Shown here: one piece after another, positions 1 to 15,360 of the stretch | Layout: every line of letters starts with the position of its first letter | Numbering within the stretch: position 1 is the first letter of the stretch | From: the human T2T-CHM13v2.0 reference genome, Homo sapiens | Direction: 5' to 3' (one strand) | Length of the DNA: 64,000 nucleotides | NCBI RefSeq assembly: GCF_009914755.1 | Contig: NC_060932.1 | Position numbers and translations under genes: made by a program | The notes under the pieces: model-generated | Database searches by the model: none | Told to the model about the DNA's origin: nothing | Seen by the model: only the letters and a program-made list of their open reading frames with translations

Positions 1-114
1 TCATGAGGTACAGTAACATACTGTAACTTTCACCAGTTTTAAATACACAATTCAATAATTTACCCAGTTGTACAACCATCACCATAATCCAGTTTTAAAT
101 TTTATTTTAAATTT

Positions 115-270
115 TTGGCTTAAACAACCGAAATTTATTTCTTCACATTCTAGAGGCCAGAAAGTCTGAGATCAAGGTGTCAGGAGGGTTGGTTTCTTTC
201 AAGGCCTCTCTCCTTGGCTTGTAGCTGGCTGTCTTCTCCCTGTGTCTTCACTGGTCTTCCCTCTGTGTCC
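115..270 (-). mobile_element. MLT1 (MaLR) LTR fragment
   Basis: 'ggcttaaacaac...ttctagaggccagaaagtctgagatcaaggtgtc' is typical MLT1. Confidence 0.7.
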
Positions 271-1215
271 ATAATCCAGTTTTAGAACTTTGCCTTCACC
301 CCAAGAAGATCTCTCTTAATCATTTGCAGTTAATCCTCATTCCTACTCCAAACCCCAGGAGACCACTGACTTCCTTTCTGTCTCCATAATTTTGACTATT
401 CTGGGCACTTCATATAAATGAACCCACATCATTATGTGGTCTTTTGTGACTGGCTTCTTTCAATTATAAATGGTTTTGAGGTTAATTCATATTGTTGCAA
501 ATATCACTATTTCATTCTTTTATTGTGAAACAGTATTTCAGTGTGTGGATATATGCTTTTTGTTTATTTATCAGCTGATGGACAGTTGGATTGTTCCCAC
601 TTTTTCAGTTCTTATGAATAATGCTGCTGTGAACATTGGTGTTCATTCAAGTCTTTGTGTGATCATATGTTTCCACTTTCCTTCATTAGATACCTGGGAA
701 TGGAATTGCTAGATAATACAGTAAACTTATGTTTAACATTTTAAGAAACTGCCATGTTTTCCAAAGTGGCTGCATCATTTTATCTTACCACTTATAATAT
801 ATGAAAGCACAACAATGTATGTGTCTTTCTCCATATTCTTGTCAATTTATGTTACTGCATGACTGAAATTATAGCCATTCTAGTGGGTGTGAATAGTATC
901 TTACATGGTTTTAATGAGAATTTCCCTAAAGATTAATAATGTTAAGCATCTTTTTAATGGCTTATTAGCCATTTATGTAATTCAGCAAAATGTATATTCA
1001 AATCTTTTGCCTGTTTTTTTAGGCTAGTCAAATGAAACAGTGGGAGAGGAGAAGGATTTTGCCGGTTTTAATTTGATGTTTGTCTTATTGAACTGTAAGA
1101 GTTCTATATATACTATGGATACAGGTTCTTGATCAGATATATGATTTGAAAATATTTTCTCACAGCCTATGGCTTGTCTTTTTACCTTTTAAAGAGTTTA
1201 TCTTTATTCTTTTAA

Positions 1216-1341
1216 TTTTTTTGTAGAGACAGGGTCTCACTATGTTGTCCAGGCTGGTTTCAAACTCCTGAGCTCAACTGATCCTTCTGCCTTAGCCTCC
1301 CAACGTGCTGGGATTACAGGTGTGAGCCACTGTACTTGGCC
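1216..1341 (-). mobile_element. Alu left monomer (FLAM-like)
   Basis: Antisense Alu left arm only. Confidence 0.85.
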
Positions 1342-1617
1342 TCTTTTCCCTTTCTTAATGATGTCTTTTATAGTACAAGTTTGAAATTTTGATGAAGTCC
1401 AATTTATCAGTTTTTTTCTTTAAGGGTTATGCTTTTGGTATTGTATCTCAAAAATTTCTGCCCAACACAAGTTCACAAAGATTTTTCTCCTATATTTTCT
1501 TCTAAAAGTGATATACTTTTAGCTCTTACATTTAGGTGTCTGATTCATTTTGAGTTAACTTTTTGGTTATGGTGTGAGGTAAGGGTCTGAATCAATCTTT
1601 TTGCATTCAATAACTTA

Positions 1618-2110
<493 letters not shown>

Positions 2111-2151
2111 CTACAACCCCCTACCAATGCCCTACAAGACATCTATTTTAA

Positions 2152-2456
<305 letters not shown>

Positions 2457-2881
2457 TAGTTTTTTTTAAAGTACTAATACAAACTGATAATTTTCTGATG
2501 TATTTATGTATTTATTGTCTTTCCCATTTGGACAAAAACTAGAGGAAAAATGTAAAAAAATGTAAACTTTTCTATATTTACCACTGCAGTACCCTCAATG
2601 CCAGGTACCTAGGAGATGCTCACTGTATATCTGATGAATAAATTAAATGCTAGGGCAGTAAGTCAGTTGGTAGAACAAAATTACTCCTGTAGGTGAGTGG
2701 GGAGTATGAAGCTGAGGTTTTAGAGCAGAAACCAATAGATGAGGCTTACCTTGGGTTTTGGGTCTCTTTTCATGCCACTGTGATTCAGGACCTCTTGCTG
2801 ACAAAGTGCTTTTCGGCTGCCCTAAGTATAGCTTATTATTTTCTTTTTCTTTTTTCATTTTTTTAAACTTTTAATTTTTTT

Positions 2882-3347
<466 letters not shown>

Positions 3348-4036
3348 CAAGTATAGTTTTTGAATTTAATATAGTAGTTGGGGGCATATGTATACGTTTA
3401 ATAATATACTTATTATTCATTTATTCAACAAATATGTTTGTGTCCCTTTCCATATATCAGAGGTTTTGCTAAGACTTGGAGATTAAGTGGCAGAGGAGGT
3501 AAATGTGTTCTCTGCCCCTGTGAAGTGCTCAGTTCCCAAACCTCTCACTAACTAGTTGTGTGACCTTGTGAATGGTATGTGACTTCCTCTAAGCTTGTTT
3601 TCTGATTTGTAAGATGAAGATTGTAAAGTAGCTACCTTATTTGATTTTGACAAGTAGTAAATAAAGTACACAAAGCAAGGGCAACTACTATTTTGCATAA
3701 TAAATATTCAGAATGGTATTATTATAAGTTGTTTAACCTACCAGGTAAGATGGAATTATACTGTATTATTCAGCCTCACCTCCCACTTAGTACCTTATTA
3801 ATGATTCTGAGTAAATCACTGAAAGACAGGAAACTAATATTTGTTTTTAAAATCTTTAGACTTGTTTATTATAAAGGCACTACATATGATAGAGTAAAAA
3901 ATAAACAGTGCGGAAGCATATACAATAAAAAGTACAAATTCCCCCACCCGCAGCACACACCCAACTCATTCTTCAGGGGCAATCACTGTAAACAATTCTG
4001 TTTCTCCTCCTAGAAAAGTCTTATGCATATAAAAGT

Positions 4037-4054
4037 GTACATATACATATATAT

Positions 4055-4105
<51 letters not shown>

Positions 4106-4108
4106 TAT
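4037..4108. repeat. (TA)n microsatellite with CA interruptions
   Basis: Directly visible. Confidence 0.95.
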
Positions 4109-4128
4109 CCTTAGAAAACAAAGAGCAC

Positions 4129-4476
4129 TTTCATGTCCTTTGCAGTGACATGGATGAAGCTGGAAACCATCATTCTCAGCAAACTAACACAGGAACAGAA
4201 AGCCAAACACCGCATGTTCTCACTCATAAGTGGGAGCTTAACAAAGAGAACACATGGACACAAAGAGGGGAACATCACATACCAGGGCCTGTCGCAGGGT
4301 TGGGGGAAAGAGGAGGGAGAGCATTAGGACAAATACCTAATGCATGCGGGGCTTAAAACCTGGAAGACGAGTTGATAGGTGCAACAAACCACCATGGTAC
4401 ATGTATACCTATGTAACAAACTTGCACGTTCTGCACATGTATCCCTGAACTTAAAAAAAAAAAAAAAAAAGAAAAG
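4129..4476 (+). mobile_element. 5'-truncated L1PA 3' end with poly(A)
   Basis: 'catggatgaagctggaaaccatcattctcagcaaacta' (ORF2 C-terminus) plus 3'UTR; TSD agaaaacaaa(g/c)agcac at 4113-4128 and 4477-4492. Confidence 0.92.
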
Positions 4477-6194
4477 AGAAAACAAACAGCACAAAGACTT
4501 AGACATTGCCAATCATTATCACAGAGCATTTTCACTTAATAATGTATATTGGAGAGCAGTCCAAGAGGAACATATCTTGCTCTTACTCAGAATGAATATT
4601 TTTACATTTTCTCAACACACAATTAAACACCACCACCACCACCACCAAAATACTCTCAAACTTTTGGAGAAAGTTTATGGGATACACCCTCCTTCCCTTG
4701 CAGCCCCCGCACTCCGCACCCTGGCCTCCTGCGGCTTCCAGCAGCCAGGGCCTGGCACCTGCCCACCCACATTTTCTTGGCCTGCAGCCAGCTGTGGTCA
4801 AACCAGCAACAGAAAGTGAGGGTGGGGGAGCAAAGAAGGAAGAGAAAGCACATCTTCCAAGAGTAGTTGAGAAAGAGCTGCACGAGTCAAGCCGACACAT
4901 AAGGCATAGCATCGAAAGTGTTTTATTACAGGCATTTACACAGAAGGTATCAGGAAGACTGTTCTAGAAGGCAGTGGGTGCGGGAACATCAGGCTTTTGA
5001 ACTGGTAGTGACAGCTGCATCTGAGATCATGATTGGTGGATGTGGGCAGTGAGAAAGTGCTTGGGGTCGCAAGGGACAAACCTGCTCCCTAGAAATGCAG
5101 TGATCTAGGGTTGCAGGGGAGGGACAAGGGGCAGAGAGAGAGATTTCCTCAGAGAAGTGAAATAGCAAGATTGGGCCCAGTGCCAGATGAAGGACAAAGG
5201 AACGCTCTGCCCTTCCTCACTGAAAACTAAACCCCACTTCCTCCATTTCCCACCTGCTTGTTTCTCCTCCCACCTCACCACTCTCAGCCCGACTGCTTGA
5301 CTTCACTTTTGTGAGGGGCTCTAGCTAGAGCTCAGCCCTCAGCTAAGGGTCCAAATGACTGACGTCTCTCCCCACACACAGGCTTCTCAGTGGTTGGACG
5401 CTAAGGCGAGTAAAACCTGGGGTAGAGATTCTCATGACCTTGGGAGATGGAGAAACAGATCTTTAATCTTTGCCTCTTTCCTTTGGTTATTCATTTAATC
5501 TTTGTTCTTTGGGTTGTGTCTACCTCCACCTGGGCCAGAAAATATTATAGAATGGTTTAGAGCTTCTAAATTAGGTTGTAAGCAGGGCCAGCACCTCAGC
5601 CTGCAGGCCTGGCCTAGAGCCTACACCCAAGAAAGCAAAAACACTCCTTGGGTGGGGCTTTCCTAGACATAAAGCTTTACCATGCCTCTAAGCAGGTGAG
5701 CTCCAGCCAAGATTATATTGGGCAGGTAATAAAATTAAGGGCAATAAAACCAGATAAACCACCTCATTAGCAGCAGTGTACTGGTAAGGCCATTTCAACA
5801 AGAAGAGGAGGATAGATGGAAGACTCAAATCCTTTGTCAAGTTCTTTCCAATGTCCTCCTCTGAAAAGCAACATTCTTTTCAGGAGTGTTGGCTTGGAAG
5901 AGAGGGCATATGTACATTTATCCAACACCTGCTGAGACCAAGTGGTGATTCAGAGGAGAGCCTCTGGAATTTGGACCTGTCACTTGATTGCTACTGAGAG
6001 ATCACCAGCTGAACTGCTTGACTTTTCTCAGAACTTTTTTATCAGTCATGTAAATGAGTGAAGATCCTGTACCAGTCTATGTAGGATCAACTGGTCATTG
6101 AGTGTAGATTTACACATTAAAAGCCACACTTATATTCATAGTTTCAAAAAAAAAAGAAAAAAATGGCACTACTTATTTTGTAAAGATAGAACCA

Positions 6195-6510
<316 letters not shown>

Positions 6511-6620
6511 CAGAACCATTTTCTTAACTGTATACATCATAGTGATGTTATGTTGCTTTTAAGGGATTAAGAAGGAAAAACATGGAAAAAGCAATTAGAT
6601 TCTCAAAATTGCCTGCACCT

Positions 6621-6756
6621 GCCTGGGTGCCATGGCTCATGCCTGCAATCTCAGCACTTTGGGAGGCTGAGGTGGGAGGATTGCTTGGGGCCAGGAGTTC
6701 AAGACCAGCCTGGGCAACATAGCAAGACCCTGTCTCTATTTAAAAAAAAAAAAAAA
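6621..6756 (+). mobile_element. FLAM/Alu left monomer
   Basis: Left arm + A tail. Confidence 0.85.
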
Positions 6757-6856
6757 GCCTGTGATGCACACACACTTTACCCTAGCACATAAACCTACAC
6801 TCACTGTATATGTGTATTTACACTGTATATGGTAAAATAACTGAATTAGGATAAAC

Positions 6857-7428
<572 letters not shown>

Positions 7429-7779
7429 AGTAGCTTTTATTTTTTTAAGCATTGGCAAAATATTTCTATAAATAAATACCTGCCCTTGTCAATTTTATTT
7501 CTATAAAACTTCTCCAAATATCATTTGGTAATTGAGCTTCTAAATAAGATGCCCTCCTAAAAATTGTAAACTGTGTTTGCTAACTAATAAGAGGCATGAA
7601 GTGTTCCATGACTGTATTATTCTTGGGGATTCAGGCTGTGGTGATGTGAGCAGCCACCCCCTTGGGACACATCATGCTGGTAAACCACTGATTCATGACA
7701 CACTGCCAGGAATGGCTGTCATCCAAGTCCCGGGGCAAGTTCAGCCAGCGCCAGAAATCACCCAAGAAGGGCTAGTCAG

Positions 7780-8260
7780 ATGTTTAAATTCCTGCCTTTG
7801 TCAGAATCCTAAGAATTATTTTTGATACCTCCTTTTCCCCTCCCATCTTTATCCAATCAATTACCAACATCTCTCAACTGGTTTCACTTCCTAAATGCCT
7901 CTCCAATCTGTCCACTCCTCTTTTACTCTACCACCGCTTTCCTAGGCCAAACTGCCTGGATTATTACAAAATCTTTCCAACTAGGTTACCCCATCCACTT
8001 TTGTCCCCCTCCAATCAAGTCCCCACACAGTGGCCAGGTTGATTGAAAAGCAAGCATAGATCTGAGTGGTCTTTCCTCTCCCTCCCAGACTCCGGTGGCT
8101 TCCCCTTGCTCTCAGATGGAAGATCAATATCTGCACCTGCCCAGGGGCCATGAATGAACTGGCCTCTCTCCAACTGGCCAGTCTCATCCTGTACTTCACA
8201 TCACTATTCTCCCACTTTCTCCACGACATTAATCTGCTCATGGCTCCTCGTATCTCACGA
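7780..8260. mobile_element. Degraded L2 fragment
   Basis: Pyrimidine-rich L2-like tract 'cctggattattacaaaatctt...ctccggtggcttcccc'. Confidence 0.5.
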
Positions 8261-8355
8261 AATTTGGGGAAGACCCACGTACCTGAATTTTCCCAAAAGT
8301 TCCTTAGGTGGTTCTGAACCACTACTATGGTTGAAAGTTTTAATAGCTAGACTGG

Positions 8356-9111
8356 CTCTTCCTGTCTGTGCCAGGGCGGCATGTGGTGCATGCCAAGCCA
8401 CAGAGATGCTCAGGCTGTGCCCTCAGGATGACCTAGTGGGAGACAGCAGCACCACTGGTGGCAGAGAACCCTGGCATCAAGCTCTTTGGGAAGTGGAGCT
8501 CCGATGATGTGCAGATCTGGCACTTGCTTGCAGGATTACACTGCAGTGAAGGAGAAGTATGCCAAGTACCTGCCTCACAGTGCAGAGCGGTATGCCGCCA
8601 AACGCTTCCGCAAAGCTCAGTGCCCCATCGTGGAGTGCCTCACTTACTCCATGATGACGCACGGCCGCAACAACCGCAAGAAGCTCATGATCATGCGCAT
8701 CGTCAAGCACGCCTTCGAGATCATCCAGCTGCTCACAGGCGACAACCCTCTGCAGGTCCTGGTGAACGCCATCATCAACAGTGGTCCCCGGGAGGACTCC
8801 ACACTCACTGGGCGAGCCAGGATCGTGAGACGACAGGCTGTGGCCGTGTCCCCATTAAGCCGTGTGAATCAGGCCATCTGGCCGCAGTGCACAGGAGCTC
8901 TTGAGGCTGCCTTCCGGAACATCAAGACCATTGCTGAGTTCCTGGCAGATGAGCTCATCAGTGCTGTCAAGGGCTCCTCCAACTCCTATGCTATCAAGAA
9001 GAAGGACGAGCTTGAGTGTGTGGCCAAGTCCAACCGCTGATTTTCCCGGTTGCTGCCCAATAAACCTGTCTGCCTTCTGCCTTTTGGGACGCCCCCCCTC
9101 ACCCCCCACCA

Positions 9112-9160
<49 letters not shown>
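8356..9160 (+). pseudogene. RPS5: Full-length processed pseudogene of 40S ribosomal protein S5 (uS7)
   Basis: 5'TOP 'ctcttcctgtctg' at 8356; ATG 8428; premature TAG at codon 3 (8434-8436); ~2-nt frameshift near 8520; intronless RPS5 peptide ([28 protein letters not shown]) to TGA 9040; AATAAA 9059-9064; TSD tagctagactg at 8344-8354 and 9164-9174. Confidence 0.97.
9113..9158. repeat. (CA)~23 microsatellite
   Basis: Directly visible, in the tail position of the RPS5 retrocopy. Confidence 0.97.
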
Positions 9161-9161
<1 letters not shown>

Positions 9162-9773
9162 AGTAGCTAGACTGAAGATGGAGCCAAGTTGAAACTTGCG
9201 TCCCAGGCTCTTATGATAGCATCAGAGTTTGACTTAGGTTTAAAAAGCAGGCCAGGAAAAATTTCAAAGTGGCAAGTCATGGGGCAGGCTTTGCAGAGCA
9301 GTCACTGCTGTTCCTTCTGCTATCCCAAAAGGGCTTGAAGAGTGAATTACAGATAAACCACTGGGTAAATATCTTGTTACTTTCTATAAAATGTAAACGT
9401 AGCTAAAAGAAGCAACCATGAGGCTGAGGATGCATTCACAAAAGCTCTGGAATATTATAGATGAAGCAGATGGTTCCCTCATAATCAAAAACTCAGCCGA
9501 AAATGTCTTTCTCTGGAGGAATAGAAGTTCGTGTTTGTAGATTCTGTGTAATCATGTTGTAACAGAGCTTGTTAAACGGATTCAGATGAGCTATGGGTCG
9601 AATCCTGTTCGACCCATATCGAGCTATTGGTCAACAACTAGGAAAGGCTAAGCCTGATCAAATGGTATTTATTGCTCTTCTCTTCCAATTCCATTATAGA
9701 AAGATTCCAACATATTGTTAAATTCCCTTTTCTGCAAATATCTCATGAATTGCATTTTTAAAATGGGATTGAT

Positions 9774-10077
9774 TGGCCAGCAGGGTGGCTCACGCGTGTA
9801 ATCCCAACACTTCGGGAGGCCAAGGCAGGCGGATCATGAAGTCAGGAGTTCAAGACCAGCCTGGCCAAGATAGTGAAACCCCGTCTCTACTAAAAACAAT
9901 TAAAAAATTAGCCAGGCATGGTGGCAGTGCCTGTAATTCCAGCTACTCGGGAGGCTGAGGCAGAGAATTGCTTGAACCCGGGAGGCGGACGTTGTAGTGA
10001 GCCAAGATCATGCCACTGTACTCCAGCCTGGGCGACAGAGTGAGATTCCATCTAAAACAAAAAACAAAACAAAAAAA
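9774..10077 (+). mobile_element. AluS
   Basis: Dimer; flanked by 'ggattgatt' direct repeat. Confidence 0.92.
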
Positions 10078-10479
10078 GGATTGATTTTATTTGTCACTGT
10101 TGCTTATAGCAAATGCTGAGTCCTCAGCCAGCTGTGGGAGGATATGGCTAGTTTATATGCCCTCCGAGTTGTGTGTGACAGTATCTGGCATATTTTCAAT
10201 AACTGCAGTCATAATTCCCAACATTACGTGGAGAGCAAAGCACAGGAGGAAATAAATCAACTTTTAATGTCAGGATATCACACCCTTTCTAACTTTTTTT
10301 TGACATGAATGAGGCAGTAATTGTATAATTAACCTTGAACTTATCACTTTATAGTCAGATGATTACTTTACCAAGAAGCTCTATCTATAACACACAAGTT
10401 TATTTTAAAAAACAGCTTTCCAAACTAGAAAAAATCTTAAAAATATGAGTAGAAAAAATCTTAAAATAATGATTATCAT

Positions 10480-10624
10480 CTGGGCACGGTGGCTCATACC
10501 TGTAATCTCAGCACTTTGGGAGGCTGAGGCAAGAGGATCACTTGAGCCCAGAAGTTCAAGACGAGCCTGGGTAACATATCGAAAACCTGTCTCTACCAAA
10601 AAAAAAAAAAAAAAAAAAAAAAAA
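10480..10624 (+). mobile_element. FLAM/Alu left monomer
   Basis: Left arm + long A tail. Confidence 0.85.
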
Positions 10625-10975
10625 GATTTTTTTAATAAGTAATATATGCGAAAGTCCCCAAATATAAAATGTTCAAGAAAATATATAATGAAAAATATGC
10701 CTAACTCCTACCCTCATGACCTCAGCCATCCAATTCTCTTCCCTGGAGGCAAACACAGTGACCAATTTTGTGTTTATCTGTCCAGAGACATTCTATGCAT
10801 TTGCATATAAACACACATTCTTTTTCAAAACCCACCTGGTAGCATATCTTACATAATGTTGGCTTTTGTGTGTGTATTTTAAATAAGATATGCTGTTGTT
10901 CCACATTAGTGCATAGAGAGGAGCCTAATTTAATTGTTAATAGCTGTGTTTCATGAAATAATTTCTTTCTTTTGC

Positions 10976-11819
10976 TGTAGAGAAAGAGCTCGATGTGAGA
11001 CTAGCTCATGCGGGAGAATTGGAGTGATCATTTAAATCAGTCTCCCTGAAGGCTCAGAGGTTAGGGTTTTTATGGACAACTTGGTAAGTAGAGGGCTAAG
11101 GAATAGGTGCTGCTGATTGGTTGAGGATAAAATCACAGGGGTGTGGAAACCTATCCTCATGCACTGAGTCTGCCTTTGGGAGGGACCACAGGACCAGTTG
11201 AGCCATGAGTCATGAGTCCAGGTGGGGTCATTCTGAAAAACATCTCAAAAAAAACCAATCTTAGGTTCTACAATAGTGATGTTATCTATAGGAACAATTG
11301 GGAAAGTCACAAATCTTGTGACCTCTGGCCACATGACCCCTGAGCAGTAAGGATTTATAGAAATCATGACTTGTCTGGGTTTGGGCCTCATAATTGTAAT
11401 CCCCCAGCACTTTGGGAGGCCAAGGCAGGAGGATTGCTTGAGCCCAGGAGTTTGAGACCAGCCTGGGCAATATAGTGAGACCTCATCTTTATTTAAAAAA
11501 AAAACAAGAAGAAAAGAAGAAAAAAAGAAACTATGCCCACATCTTAGCAGAGATCAGGCTCCTCCCATAACCCTATCCTTGTGACCTTTCATTAGTCTTA
11601 GAAAGGCTGTCTTCAGTCCCTGAGCAAAGAAAGAGTTGGTTAGTTTTAGGGAGGGACTATTATTATCCTTGCTTTCAAGTAAACTATAAACAAAATTCCT
11701 CCCAAAATTAGCTTGGCCTATGCCCAGGAATGACCAAAGACAGCATGGAGGTCAGAAGCAAGATGGAGGCAACTATAGCAGATTTCCATTACTGACATAA
11801 TTTTGCAAAGGCGATTTCA
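10976..11819 (-). mobile_element. LTR8-family LTR (3' LTR of a MER4-group ERV1), with Alu monomer inserted at ~11377-11527
   Basis: Minus strand starts TGAAATCGCCTTTGCAAAATTATG...CTCCATCTTGCTTCTGACCTCC, matching the recalled LTR8 5' end; far end appears truncated. Confidence 0.8.
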
Positions 11820-12155
11820 AATCACCCATTGGGCTTCAGCACACCTCAGTCCTGAGGTATGAGCTGCAGAGATGGGAAAAGCCTGATACTGCTCTAACTT
11901 CTTCCTGCATGACAGTGGGCAGGGGGTTTAGTTGGGGTAGGAGTTGCCCCAGGGTAGGAGGAGTGAAACCATCTTGCAGTTGTCTGTATGTATTCACGGG
12001 TACCTGGTTTGGATCCCAAGGTACACATAACAAAAACATTAGTGCTGTTACCCACAGCTTTATGACTATAAGACGAATAATAACCCTAACATAAGGAGTG
12101 AAAGTCCTAGCTTCAGGAGTCCCAGTAGAACTGGCTAGAAATCTTCTTCTTCTTC

Positions 12156-12452
12156 TTTTTTTTTTTTTTTTTTTTTTTTGAGATAGGGCTCACTCTGTTG
12201 CTCAGGTGGGAATGCCCTGGCGCAATCGTGGCTCACTGCAGCCTTGACTTCCTGGGCTCAAGGGATCTTCAGCCTCCTGAATAGCTGGGACTACAGGCGC
12301 ACACCAAGCCCAGCTAAATATTCAATTTTTTTGTAGAGATGGGGGTCTCACTATGTTGCCTAGGCTTGTCTTGAACTCCTAGGCTCAAGCAGTCCTCCTG
12401 CCTCGGCTTCCCAAAGTGCTGAGATTACAGGAGTGAGCGACTGTGCCCAGCT
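12156..12452 (-). mobile_element. AluJ
   Basis: Diverged dimer with AluJ features. Confidence 0.88.
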
Positions 12453-13267
12453 TGACCTGAAGTCTTAAGGGATCCAGGTGAATGACCCTGATAACTAATT
12501 ATATGTGGAATCATCAGGAGACACTCAAAATCAGTGAATAAGGCTGATATCTAATAACAAACTGCAGTTTTTCCTAAAACATACTTTTTTCCTCTCTAGT
12601 TCTCCATGTTTAATTAAAGACAAATCATAATAGGACCAATTTATTTGCAAAATAAATTTCAGTCTTACTATACTTGGCCTAATTATTTGTATAAAGTACA
12701 AAAGGAATAATTATTTGCCATATAGGCACTTTTTTTAAAAATTGGCTTTGCTGGAATTCTTTCATAAGAAATCTCAAATTAGACCTTTTAAAAGCCTCTT
12801 GAGCCCAGCTAAGGATTTATTTGTGCCTGCAGATACCTGTATGAATTGAGTATATTCCTCTCCTCAAGGTCTCAGAAGAGCTTGGGCTTCCTGGGCCTGT
12901 CAGAAAGTGACATTTTTTATCAGGTCAGAAATCCAGTACAAAACATGGTACAAGGCCAGTTTTCCCAAAAGGCTTTTACCATCTCTATAGGTCAACTTCA
13001 GTTCCTCAAAGCAGTCTGAAAACATGTTTTTCTAGTCAAAACCTGGGTGAAATAACTATAGTCTCCAATTGTGTCCTGTTACAAAAGAAAACTGATTCTT
13101 TTTTCCCCCCATCGGACTCTGCTTGATAAGGAAAACTGATTCTTATTGAACTTATGCAAATAACTTTGTTGCTATAAGTTAAAAATACTCAGAGTTTCCA
13201 AATTCTGGAGAGATTCCGTAGAGAGAAATACACTCTAAATTTTGCTCACAGGAGTAAATTTTACTCA

Positions 13268-13660
<393 letters not shown>

Positions 13661-13704
13661 TTAACTAACTGGGTATCGAATAACAGGTATAAAAGTAGAT
13701 TATT

Positions 13705-13997
13705 GCTGGGCATGGTGGCTCATGCTTGTAATCCCAGCACTTTGGGAGGGTGAGGCAGGTGGATCAGCAGGTAAAGAGTTTGAGAACAGCTTGTCCAACA
13801 CAGTGAAACCCCGTCTCTACTAAAAACACAAAAATTAGCTGGGCGTGATGGCAGGTGCCTGTAATCCCAGCTACTTGGGAGGCTGAGGTAGGAGAATTGC
13901 TTGAACCTGGGAGACGGAGGTTTCAGTGAGCTGAGATTGCACCACTACACTCCAGCCTGGGCGACAGAGCTAGAATCTGTCTCAAAAAAAAAAAAAA
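13705..13997 (+). mobile_element. AluS
   Basis: Dimer + A tail. Confidence 0.9.
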
Positions 13998-14154
13998 TCG
14001 ATTATTTCAGTCTTCTATTAGTTCAGTCCATGCAATTAACTTCTGTTCTGCTTGCTATTCATGAACACATCAGCTTCCCATGAGAGTCCTGGAAATTTTG
14101 TTTTTGTTTTTCTATTCCAATAGCACAGTTTCCAAAGTTATCAAGAACCTGTAT

Positions 14155-14450
14155 CTGGGCACAATGGCACGTGCCTGTAATCCCAGCAGTTTGGGAGGCT
14201 GAGACTGGAGGATTACTTGAGCTCAGGAGTTTAAGACCAGCCTGGGCAGCAGGGAAAAATCCTGTCTCTACCAAAAAAAAAAAAAAAAGATTAGCCAGTC
14301 ATGGTAGCATGTGCCTGTAGTCCCAGTTACTCAGGAGGCTGTGGTGGGAGGATCGCTTGAGCCTGGGAGGTTGAGGCTGCAGTGAGCCAAGATCGCACCA
14401 CTACACTCCATGCTGGCTGACAGAATGAGACCCTGTCTCAAACAAAAACA
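14155..14450 (+). mobile_element. AluJ
   Basis: Dimer with AluJ features. Confidence 0.88.
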
Positions 14451-14528
14451 AGGCCAAAAATCTGCATTCAAAAGCGCCTGTCAAAGTCCTATAGTTGATT
14501 ATAAAACCACCTTTTTAAAAAGGATCAG

Positions 14529-14775
14529 GATGGGCATGGGGGCTCACTCCTGTAATCCCAGCACTTTGGGAGGCCAAGGCAGGTGGATCACCTGAGGTCA
14601 GGAGTTCGAGACTAGCCTGGCCAACATGGTGAAACCTCATCTCTACTAAAAGTACAAAAATTTGCTGGACATGGTGGCACACAACTGTAATCCCAACTAC
14701 TTGGGGGGCTGAGGCACAAGAATCAACCGAACCTGGGAAGTGGAGGTTGCGGTGAGCCAAAATCGTGCTCACTGT
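14529..14775 (+). mobile_element. AluS, 3' truncated
   Basis: Dimer lacking tail. Confidence 0.85.
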
Positions 14776-15003
14776 ATCAAAGTAAAATAATTGGTGATAA
14801 CGTAAATCTCAGAATGGCCATGGTTAAGAACACAATTGACAAGGAAGTTTGATTTATTTTGTGACATACAACATTTACCATTACAATTATAATTATTACT
14901 GATAACATACACTAAGTCATATCGGAATTACAGGAGTTTTGCCCAATTCTGGAGCACACACCAATAACACGTTCATACAAATACAGCCTAAAGAAAGCCA
15001 AAC

Positions 15004-15348
<345 letters not shown>

Positions 15349-15360
15349 CTATATAATTTT

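Noticed and set aside
8486-9040. 184 aa ORF as a functional RPS5 CDS
   Set aside because: GTG start out of frame with the true N-terminus; stop at codon 3, frameshift, TSDs and no introns mark a retropseudogene.
9414-9463. TPR-like peptide NHEAEDAFTKALEYYR*
   Set aside because: Too short, ends in a stop, no convincing splice sites or neighbouring exons.
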